Assembly: GCA_024636785.1 (NCBI GenBank)
Contig: JAGXGK010000053.1
Location: 1,525 to 65,524, forward strand
Reading direction: 5' to 3'
Origin: Gammaproteobacteria bacterium
GTDB lineage: Bacteria; Pseudomonadota; Gammaproteobacteria; SZUA-229
Length of the DNA: 64,000 nt
Position 1 is the stretch's first letter. Every line of letters begins with the position of its first letter. Below the pieces are notes generated by a model. It did no database searches and was not told where the DNA came from. It saw only the letters and a program-made list of their open reading frames with translations. Below are positions 47,821-55,735 of this stretch, one piece after another. The translations under genes were made by a program, and so were the position numbers.

Positions 47821-48738
47821 TTACACGACCTCATAAGTCACCTGCAGAGTATAACTCTCACCTGCGCCAATATTCACGGTATCTTCAAGCGCATTCGCCG
47901 ATTCAACACACAGCATCTTAAGGTAGCCATCCGGCCCCAGATCGCCCATTTTCTCCGCCGCTTCCTGCCATGGGTTCCATATTATCGTCGACTCGCTGTT
48001 CTGCTTTCTGATGGTGATTTTCCGCTGGCCATCATCAATACTAACGTCATCCGGCGTCTGCAAATAAACCCGATCCACTTCCTCGCCGATGGTCACCGGG
48101 CCACTCTGGGTTTTACGTTTGAAGCCATCGGTTTTATCCAGATAGGGCTTGCCATCCAGACCCAGCACGCTGGTCTTGCTGACATCGTCCACCTTAAAAT
48201 AAGTGTGCAACGCCTGACCAATGGTCATCGCCTGATCGCTGTGATTAAAAGTGGTAAGTTCAATGGTCAAAACTTTACCAATGGTTAAACGGTATTCCGC
48301 AATCGTCGGCAACGGCCACAGGGGTTTAATCGCCGCATCAAGCTCGCGCGTGTCCAGCTGAAAAGTCACCTGCGTTTCACCGCTGGCTAATGCCTCGGTC
48401 TTCGTCACCTGCCACATCACCGTACGCGCAAAACCGTGACCGGGATACGCGGCGTTACTCTCGTGCGGCCCAAACCACGGCCAGCAAATCGGTACTCCAC
48501 CGCGCACCGATTTCCCCGACGCAAATGTCGCCTGCTCCGACAGCCAGATCACCTCATCGCCACCGGCGGGCACCCAGCTCAGCACCTGCGCACCCTGTAA
48601 GCTGATGCGGGCACTGGCCTGACTATTTTCAACCTCAATCACCGGAATATCACCATCACCTTTTTTAAAGACGAGACTGTGATCGGCCTGCGCCAGTGAA
48701 AAATCTTTGTTTAACTGTTCTACCTCAGGTGTGCTCAT
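47821..48738 (-). CDS. yeaD: D-hexose-6-phosphate mutarotase (aldose 1-epimerase family, YeaD-like)
   Basis: The 305-aa product reads RGGVPICWPWFGPH...PGHGFAR...HTYF...DRVY...IWNPW. Confidence 0.8.
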   Translation of the reverse strand: MSTPEVEQLNKDFSLAQADHSLVFKKGDGDIPVIEVENSQASARISLQGAQVLSWVPAGGDEVIWLSEQATFASGKSVRGGVPICWPWFGPHESNAAYPGHGFARTVMWQVTKTEALASGETQVTFQLDTRELDAAIKPLWPLPTIAEYRLTIGKVLTIELTTFNHSDQAMTIGQALHTYFKVDDVSKTSVLGLDGKPYLDKTDGFKRKTQSGPVTIGEEVDRVYLQTPDDVSIDDGQRKITIRKQNSESTIIWNPWQEAAEKMGDLGPDGYLKMLCVESANALEDTVNIGAGESYTLQVTYEVV

Positions 48739-48843
48739 TTTATATATTCCGCTTGTTGATTGTTTTAAAAATTTATTGCCATGTCATTTGCAGGATTATT
48801 GATTTAAATCCGATGGGCACGTTGTGCTTTGCCCATCCTACAA

Positions 48844-49062
48844 TTAATCAGGCTTTATCGAACCACCGCCCGCCTTGATGCAGAACATAATGAAAAAAGT
48901 GTCCCAGCTATCGTAGCCTTCAACCTCGTTAATATCTTCCAGGCCGGTCTGATTTTTTAAATATTCCGCCGACTTCGCAATGTGCGCATCATCAAAACCG
49001 TTCAGCTTGATCAAATCAATCGCCGCCTGAGAAGGCGTCCACTGGCTTAGTAGTTTGCTCAT
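48844..49062 (-). CDS. Small hypothetical protein (possibly a DnaT-like C-terminal domain)
   Basis: The 72-aa product reads MSKLLSQWTPSQAAIDLIKLNGFDDAHIAKSAEYLKNQ...WDTFFIMFC. The resemblance to DnaT-type domains is weak and from memory. Confidence 0.4.
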   Translation of the reverse strand: MSKLLSQWTPSQAAIDLIKLNGFDDAHIAKSAEYLKNQTGLEDINEVEGYDSWDTFFIMFCIKAGGGSIKPD

Positions 49063-49131
49063 ACTTTCTTTCCAATCGGGTCAAGTGGTGATAGCAGCGG
49101 TATTTTCAAATACTCTTCATATTCAGCTCTG

Positions 49132-49614
49132 TCAGTATTTTACCTTCACCATTTCCTTAAAGCTGGATCGCTGCCATTTGGCCTGAGTCAGCAACCACGT
49201 CTCCTGTTTGACAAACTGCAATTTAAACTTATATATTCGTGCTCGCAAACCGGTGAGCGCACTGGCATCGGCAATCACGTTACCGGCCATCGCCACATAC
49301 AGTGTTACAGCGGCCTTGCTCTGCCCTTCATTAAAAACAACATCATCAACTTTGGTAAACAGATGAATATTTTTGTGCATGAAGAAATATGCCCGTAGCT
49401 GATTAATTAACTGAGGCTTGCCAATACCCTTATGATCACGGTACGTCTCGTCAATCAGCAGCGCCAGATCATCATGGTTGCGATTTTCCGCCGCGAGCAC
49501 CGCCGAATCTATCGCCTGACGAATCAGATCGTCATTGGAAATCTCGTCGTCCGAGCAGGCGGCTAGAAAAAATAGCGCGTAAATAACGCTGCATAGTGTT
49601 AGTTTTTTAATCAT
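49132..49614 (-). CDS. Hypothetical lipoprotein
   Basis: The 160-aa product has a signal peptide with a lipobox, FFLAAC. Confidence 0.6.
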   Translation of the reverse strand: MIKKLTLCSVIYALFFLAACSDDEISNDDLIRQAIDSAVLAAENRNHDDLALLIDETYRDHKGIGKPQLINQLRAYFFMHKNIHLFTKVDDVVFNEGQSKAAVTLYVAMAGNVIADASALTGLRARIYKFKLQFVKQETWLLTQAKWQRSSFKEMVKVKY

Positions 49615-49657
49615 AAAATAATGTGTTCAGTGTTTCAGGGATTTGTTTACCAAGCAC

Positions 49658-50314
49658 TCACTCCTTCAGCTTGATTCGCAGCTCGCCTTCCTTGATCTCA
49701 AGCTCTTCCACACCATCGTTTATCGCCTGCCAGAAGCCTCCGGCCTGACCGAACTCTTCGATAAGATTGGTGTTTTTCATATTGCCCAGCCAGGCGTTCG
49801 GCAGTGGCACGCCCCAGACACTCACTCCTCTCAGGGTGGCAACGGGCCGGCCATCCTGCAGATGCAGTTCCATACCCGCATTGATCTTGATTGTATTGCC
49901 GCCCAGAAAAGGAAAATCCGGGTCCAGATGCACCAGCAATTTAGCGCTGGCCAGATTCTCCGAAAGATCAATTGCCAGCCTGCTGGCTAGATCGGTGTTT
50001 TTCGACAGCAAGGCATTAAGTTCTTTTTCACTCAGATGAATTTCACGGCTGGCCCCCGCTTCGCTGTAAGCTTCCGGCTCAAGCCGGGACGGTGCTGCTG
50101 ATGGCACAAGCTGCTGAAGTTTTCCATCAAGCCGCTGCTGCTCCTTTTCACTGAGCTGCACCGGCTTAAACGCAGCCGGAAACAGGTAGGCATTCACTGC
50201 CCAGTAACCCACGCCGAGGGTGAGGGCCATGGTAATCACAACAATACCAAAAGTGCGCCAACCGTTGCCGGCGGGCGAGCTCGTGGGTGTAGTAGGTGAT
50301 GGTTCGTTAATCAT
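49658..50314 (-). CDS. Conserved hypothetical membrane-anchored protein
   Basis: The start is taken at the ATG at 50314 (MINEPSPTT). One TM helix is present. The C-terminal domain reads EIHLSEKELNALLSKNTDLASRLAIDLSENLASAKLLVHLDPDFPFLGG...GVSVWGVPLPNAWLG. I recall this as a widespread uncharacterised proteobacterial family. Confidence 0.55.
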   Translation of the reverse strand: MINEPSPTTPTSSPAGNGWRTFGIVVITMALTLGVGYWAVNAYLFPAAFKPVQLSEKEQQRLDGKLQQLVPSAAPSRLEPEAYSEAGASREIHLSEKELNALLSKNTDLASRLAIDLSENLASAKLLVHLDPDFPFLGGNTIKINAGMELHLQDGRPVATLRGVSVWGVPLPNAWLGNMKNTNLIEEFGQAGGFWQAINDGVEELEIKEGELRIKLKE

Positions 50315-50785
50315 GGCAAGTACGGGCCTCTTACTGTGCAAGTATTGGGATGATAACTTCAATTCACCAACAGGTCATTCTAACAAACTCAAAGAATCCC
50401 CTCCCAGCTTACCAATCGGCCACTACCCTGATCAATCAACGAAAAAATTCGTTGGCTATATCAAATCAAACTGAATTCAAAAAAGCGAGTTATTCAACAC
50501 TGATTACAACCATTTAACAGGTGATTGAACTGAATATGATTGAAGCCACCATACACGGATACCTCCTTGAGCAGGCAGAACTTATTGACCCCTGTCAGAA
50601 AATAACCAGATACCGTACCGATGCATAACAGATGCTTCAAGCTAATTTTCGAGCATCGCCACGTCCGTAGCAGGCGCAAGGCACAGCGTGACCATCAAGA
50701 TCCTGTGGATTTATCCATTAATGCTTATGGCAAGATCATCGTTTTACAATACAAATCCAGATTCCCAGATTCAGAGAACAGCAAC

Positions 50786-51247
50786 ATGCTAAAAACTCAA
50801 CAAGCACCCGATTTCACTGTCGACAATGAAAACAATCAAAGCATCAGCCTGAGCGATTTCAAAAACAGGAAAAATGTCGTTTTATATTTCTACCCCAAAG
50901 ACGACACCCCCGGCTGCACCATCGAAGCCAACCAGTTCACCGCGCTGGCCGATGAATTCGCCGCACTCGACACCGTCGTCATCGGCGTCAGCAAAGATGA
51001 CTGCGCATCGCATCAGGCCTTTATCGAAAAATTCGGCCTTAAGGTAATGCTACTGGCCGACACCAACGGCAAACTCTGTGAAGCCTATGGCGTATGGCAG
51101 GAAAAGGAAAAACACGGCGAGAAGAAAATGGGCATCGTGCGTTCCACTTTTATCATTGATAAGCAGGGAAAAATTGTAGAGGCAGAATATGGCGTCAACC
51201 CCGAAGGTCACGCCCAGGCTGTTTTAGAAAAACTGAAACAGCTTTAA
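50786..51247 (+). CDS. bcp: Thiol peroxidase Bcp (peroxiredoxin)
   Basis: The product reads MLKTQQAPDFTV...VVLYFYPKDDTPGCTIEA.... The internal ATG at 50786 gives the normal length of about 153 aa. Confidence 0.9.
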   Translation: MLKTQQAPDFTVDNENNQSISLSDFKNRKNVVLYFYPKDDTPGCTIEANQFTALADEFAALDTVVIGVSKDDCASHQAFIEKFGLKVMLLADTNGKLCEAYGVWQEKEKHGEKKMGIVRSTFIIDKQGKIVEAEYGVNPEGHAQAVLEKLKQL

Positions 51248-51270
51248 GAAATAACTGCTTAAAAAATTCA

Positions 51271-51358
51271 ATTCAGTCCACAGATAAACACAGATTAACG
51301 CCGATAAAAGAATAAATCCTATATCCGCGAAAAACGCCAAGAACGCGAAAAGGGCAAA
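51271..51358. repeat. REP-like repeat, family F (inverted copy)
   Basis: The element reads TTCAGTCCACAGATAAACACAGATTAACG...ATCCGCGAAAAACGCCAAGAACGCGAAAAGGGCAAAAG. Compare 34793-34875. Confidence 0.55.
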
Positions 51359-51433
51359 AGAATAATTAATTAAAGGTTTTTTGTGTTATTGGCGTTCTTC
51401 GCGGGTGGAGTTTTACTGGCCGCGTAATTTGTA

Positions 51434-51506
51434 GTAATGCACGAACCCCAACAAAATTGTTAAGAGGAAAAAGCCGTTGGGCTTCCTGCGTCAGCCCAGC
51501 CTACGG
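51434..51506. repeat. REP-like bipartite repeat, family D (inverted copy)
   Basis: The reverse complement reads CCGTAGGCTGGGCTGACGCAGGAAGCCCAACGG...TTGTTGGGGTTCGTGCATTAC. Confidence 0.65.
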
Positions 51507-51534
51507 TATTAATAATTTATTCACCGCACATATA

Positions 51535-51879
51535 TTATTTAACCAGCACAACATAAGCCACAAAACCAAGCCACGACAGCGTCAAAAAAACCCACGGCAA
51601 CTTACTGCACTTAACCTTTTCCGAACCGGAAACCTCATCACTTTCCGCTTCGGTTAATGACCGGTTCGCCGATACCTTGCTCAGTTTTTTGTCCAGCTCT
51701 CGCGCCTTATGGCTTTGCTTCTTTTTATACTGCTCAATGCCTTTCTGAATACCCTGGGCGATCAGTTTTGTTTGCTCTTTGGTCTGCCCCGGCCTTTGTG
51801 TACCGCGCGCAATTTTAAGGGCATCATCCTTAGTTTTATCTGAGACCTGATTCTTTTTAGAATATTTAGCCATATTCAC
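51535..51879 (-). CDS. DUF2956-like small protein with a C-terminal TM helix
   Basis: The product reads AKYSKKNQVSDKTKDDALKIARGTQRPGQTKEQTKLIAQGIQKGIEQYKKKQ. A C-terminal hydrophobic helix is present. Confidence 0.6.
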   Translation of the reverse strand: MNMAKYSKKNQVSDKTKDDALKIARGTQRPGQTKEQTKLIAQGIQKGIEQYKKKQSHKARELDKKLSKVSANRSLTEAESDEVSGSEKVKCSKLPWVFLTLSWLGFVAYVVLVK

Positions 51880-51998
51880 CTTAATTTATGTTTCGTGATT
51901 TCATACCTGGCAGATGCCGAAATCACAGTGTTTTTATTAGTCTCACTATTTGTTGAGGTTCGTGCCTCATCCAAACCCACTGTTCACGCTCTGACAGC

Positions 51999-52736
51999 TT
52001 ATCCGCCCCATGCTTTCCATAACAATGAACCGCCACTCAGTAATAATAAGCCGCCAATAATGACTAGCTGCTGCCGATGGCTAATGCCCAGGTGTACCTT
52101 GTTGCCCAGATAGAGCCCCAAAGCCATCAGCGGCAGTGCCAGCAGCAGGGAAGTTAACAACTCAGTCTGAAGCAACAGACCGAAAATCAGAAAAGTGATT
52201 ACCCGTAACGCCCCGTCGAGCATAAATAATCCCGACAAGGTGCCGCGCAACTGTGTTTTATCATGCAGGCGATGCGACAGGTACACCACATAAGGCGGGC
52301 CACCAGTGCCAAACAACGCGCCGATCAAACCACCGATCAAGCCGGTGGGCAGTGACCACCAGCGACTGATCGGATTTTCACCGTGTACATTGAAGACATA
52401 ACGTAAACCGAAAAAAATCACAAATAAAGCGAGCGCCACCAGCAGCGGCTCTCGCGGCAAATTCACCAGCAGGAATGTTCCCAACAGAATACCTGCAATA
52501 GTCGTCGGTATCAAATAGCGTATTTCATCCCAACGCACCTGCAAACGCGTATGACGGCTGAGTGCCACCGATGCCACAAAATCCAGCACCAGCACCATCG
52601 GCACAACAAAAGTCAAAGGCAGAAAATGCGCCAACAGCGGTATGGCGATTAAGCCGGAACCAAAACCGGTAATCCCGCGCAAGAAGTAGGCAAACAGCAG
52701 AATAAAAAATGCGGCAAGGTATATTTCGGGTGTCAT
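51999..52736 (-). CDS. TauE/SafE-family (DUF81) sulfite/anion exporter
   Basis: The 245-aa product has about 8 TM helices. It reads FLRGITGFGSGLIAIPLL and GALFGTGGPPYVVY. Confidence 0.75.
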   Translation of the reverse strand: MTPEIYLAAFFILLFAYFLRGITGFGSGLIAIPLLAHFLPLTFVVPMVLVLDFVASVALSRHTRLQVRWDEIRYLIPTTIAGILLGTFLLVNLPREPLLVALALFVIFFGLRYVFNVHGENPISRWWSLPTGLIGGLIGALFGTGGPPYVVYLSHRLHDKTQLRGTLSGLFMLDGALRVITFLIFGLLLQTELLTSLLLALPLMALGLYLGNKVHLGISHRQQLVIIGGLLLLSGGSLLWKAWGG

Positions 52737-52845
52737 ATCGGGCTTGATTCCTGCGGTTATTATTTCGGTTTGGCATTAGATTAGAGTAGAAAAATTAAAA
52801 AAACCATCTCGTTTCTTATTATCTCCACAGACAGATTAATTCTTT

Positions 52846-52953
52846 CGTAGGATGGACAAAGCACTGCATGCCCATCAATAATTTTTGATTTCAAACGGCG
52901 AGTGTCCTTATCTTATCCAAAATGGGCATGCAAGAGCCTTTACCCATCTACGA
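52846..52953. repeat. Inverted pair of REP-like family E units
   Basis: The units are CGTAGGATGGACAAAGCACTGCATGCCCATC (52846-52876) and AATGGGCATGCAAGAGCCTTTACCCATCTACG (52921-52953). Relatives lie at 46328-46354 and 48811-48841. Confidence 0.65.
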
Positions 52954-52962
52954 AACCATCCG

Positions 52963-53760
52963 TTACGAAACCAGGTACTCACGCAGCCAGTGATGCCATT
53001 CATCAAGAGCGGCCTTATCCAGCGCGCCGACCGAGGAACGCTTGCTGAGCGTATTGACATAAATCGCTTCCCCTTCCAGCGTACAGGAGGCACCGCCCGC
53101 TTCGCTGAAAATCAGTTGGCCCGCTGCATAATCCCAGATACTGGACGCGCCATGCAGGTAAACATGAACACGTGACGCCGCCAGCCAGCACCAGTCCAGC
53201 GCGACCGAACCATAGCTACGTTGCGATGCATAAGGCTGGAGACTCACCAGGTTCATCGAAAGCTGATTTGGTAGTCGCTTGAAATCAATCAACGCCGTAC
53301 ATTTTGACAGAGGCAGTTCAACAGGCCTGACTTTCAGTGGCGCATCATTGAGAAAAGCACCCTGCCCGCGCACCGCTACAAAACACTCATCGCGATTGGG
53401 ATCATAAACAATGCCCAGCGTCGGCACACCGCGCTCAATCAGCGCCAGCGAAATCGCATAATACGGCGTACCCACCGCAAAATTACTGGTACCATCCAGT
53501 GGATCAAGACACCAGAGCGAATCGCTGTTCGTTAACAACGTACTTTGCTCATCCGCCGTCATCTCTTCACCCAGAAGATCAGTCTTCGGATAATGCTTTT
53601 TCAGCTCATGCGTAATACGCGCCTGCACCGCCAGATCGGCCTCGGTGACAAAACTACCATCCGCCTTGGTGCTACGCTGCACATCGGCAAAACGCGGCAG
53701 CAGCTCCTCGCGTGCCGCAGTAATGATGATCTGTTTTAAAATAGAAAGGTCGTAGCGCAT
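52963..53760 (-). CDS. Inositol monophosphatase-family phosphatase
   Basis: The 265-aa product reads FVTEADLAVQ...LLGEE...WCLDPLDGTSNF...WDYAAG. Confidence 0.85.
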   Translation of the reverse strand: MRYDLSILKQIIITAAREELLPRFADVQRSTKADGSFVTEADLAVQARITHELKKHYPKTDLLGEEMTADEQSTLLTNSDSLWCLDPLDGTSNFAVGTPYYAISLALIERGVPTLGIVYDPNRDECFVAVRGQGAFLNDAPLKVRPVELPLSKCTALIDFKRLPNQLSMNLVSLQPYASQRSYGSVALDWCWLAASRVHVYLHGASSIWDYAAGQLIFSEAGGASCTLEGEAIYVNTLSKRSSVGALDKAALDEWHHWLREYLVS

Positions 53761-54056
53761 AGAATGTATTAGCTCGCTAAAATTATTAAGCGTAAGAACG
53801 ATGGTAACAGCTTATACATTTCCCACAAGAGAGAAACTAAACGGATAGCCGACATAACAAAACGCTGATATGGGTATTACTGTGCTGGTGACGGTTGTGG
53901 CATAAATTCCTTTTAATTATTATTGTTTGGCCCGTATTAAATCACTCAATGCTGCTTTTTTTTGTGGTTGTGACTGAAAATAAAAACGTTGTAGTTTGCG
54001 GTTATAATTAGCCGATTCGGTCGTTTCCGGCCTGTCACTTTTACGGGATTCTGCTT

Positions 54057-54479
54057 ATGAGCGCTCTACTTCGTTTTCCTCTGTTTGCTGTTTTGTATGG
54101 CTGTTTTTTGATGTCGGCTACACCGGTGTCGGCGATGAGTTCAAGCCCGGAGGATGCGCCGGAACCGGTGTCTACTGAGGATGCCAGTGCAATAAAACGG
54201 GGCACGCAATATGAACAGTGCGACCCTAAGGCAGATGCGCGCGCAGCAATAGAGCAAGGCGATTTGCGTTTGCTGGGTTTTGCGACACGGGCGACGACGC
54301 TACCGGGTGTGGCAGCGGCAGAACGGGAGGTGGCACTGGCAGCCTGCGGCGTGCGCCTGCTGGAAGGCTTTGGCGATGTAATTCGCTCGGATGAAGAGCT
54401 GGAGGCAATGCGGCAAGCATCAGCGTATGCAAAGCGGTATAACGCGGTGATGCTTGAGGTGTGTTTGGGGGATAAATAA
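54057..54479 (+). CDS. Hypothetical secreted protein
   Basis: The 140-aa product has a signal peptide, MSALLRFPLFAVLYGCFLMSATPVSA. The composition is coding-like. I prefer it over the S/R/A-rich antisense ORF 54041..54511. Confidence 0.5.
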   Translation: MSALLRFPLFAVLYGCFLMSATPVSAMSSSPEDAPEPVSTEDASAIKRGTQYEQCDPKADARAAIEQGDLRLLGFATRATTLPGVAAAEREVALAACGVRLLEGFGDVIRSDEELEAMRQASAYAKRYNAVMLEVCLGDK

Positions 54480-54511
54480 GCATACCGCGTGGCCAGAAAG
54501 TCGGTGCCCAC

Positions 54512-55396
54512 CTACGACTGCGCGGATTCATAAAAAAGTCGCACCAGTGGAGCATAGCGCCCATGTTTCATGGCGTGTTCCATCGCAGCGTAATACATCG
54601 CGCGGTTGTCGCGGTTAAATACCGGTGGCATTAAGCGGGCGCTCAGGCATTGAATCATTACCAGCGCCCGGCCGACGCGGCCGTTGCCGTCGCCAAAAGG
54701 ATGTATCAAAATGAAATAAGCATGAGCTTTGGCGATGGCTTCGAGTGTTGCGGCTTTCGCTTCTTTATAAACCCATCGATTCATCTCTTCTTCGATGTCA
54801 TCCGGGTGCGTGGTTTGTACACCATCCAGCTGCCCCATGACACGAATATTTGTGGAATAAAAGCCAGCATCATCGTGCACGCCGCGCATGAAATCAGCGT
54901 GCAGGGTCTTGATGCTTTCTTCGGTAATCGGCATCGAATCTCCATGTTCCACTATGCGCTGCCAGATCTGCCGGTGAGTGATGAAAGCGTTGAAGCCTTC
55001 ATGAAAAGTCTGCCTGCTGATATTTTTGGGCAGCTTTTTCTCATCGATGATTTTGTCGAAATCGGCTTTTGAGATATCGGTTTCGATCTCAATGGTGCCG
55101 TAACTCAAACGACGCAAAAACGGCAGATATAACGCCTCGTTATGCGCCATGTCGTCCGGCAGCAAAACCGGTTCAAAGTTTTGTTTGGGCACGTCCCACT
55201 CGGGTATCAAAAAATGCCGGCAGTAGAGCACGTCGATATTCAGCCGATTCTCGGCCGAAATCGATTCCGGCTTACTGCGCCAGTTGAGAAGCGCTCTACG
55301 AGAAACGCCAATCGCTTCTGACAGCTTTGTCGAGTATTCAAACTGCTCCTGAAGCTGGTCGAGCTTATCTATGTAACTGATTTTGTTGTAGCGCAT
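54512..55396 (-). CDS. Fic-family protein with an N-terminal HTH-like segment
   Basis: The 294-aa product has the canonical Fido motif HPFGDGNGRVGRAL. The N-terminus reads LSEAIGVSRRALLNWR. Confidence 0.85.
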   Translation of the reverse strand: MRYNKISYIDKLDQLQEQFEYSTKLSEAIGVSRRALLNWRSKPESISAENRLNIDVLYCRHFLIPEWDVPKQNFEPVLLPDDMAHNEALYLPFLRRLSYGTIEIETDISKADFDKIIDEKKLPKNISRQTFHEGFNAFITHRQIWQRIVEHGDSMPITEESIKTLHADFMRGVHDDAGFYSTNIRVMGQLDGVQTTHPDDIEEEMNRWVYKEAKAATLEAIAKAHAYFILIHPFGDGNGRVGRALVMIQCLSARLMPPVFNRDNRAMYYAAMEHAMKHGRYAPLVRLFYESAQS

Positions 55397-55735
55397 TGTG
55401 ATTTTGCCGGTTGTATATTATTTTTTTGAAGGTAGCAGATGCGAGAAGTGATGTCAATAATATTGATAACGCTTCTCACACTACAAGCAGTATATGGCAG
55501 TGCGATAATCGATCCGGTTTCCGGGTATCAGCAATTTGTCGGCAAGGGCTTGCCGACCTAGGGGATATGCCTAGCCGTCATACCGGCGCAGGCCGATACC
55601 CATTTTCAGCGGACGAGGTGCTGCGTGGGTACAAAAGCGGTGCCCACCTTACGGCTGCTTGGTTGGATATTTTGCGCAAATGAATTCGCACAACAGATGC
55701 AGGACGTGGGTATGAAACGGCGCTCACCTTGCGGG

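Noticed and set aside
54041-54511. 156-aa minus-strand ORF antisense to the secreted-protein gene
   Set aside because: Its composition is Ser/Arg/Ala-rich junk. The plus-strand frame has a signal peptide and a balanced composition.
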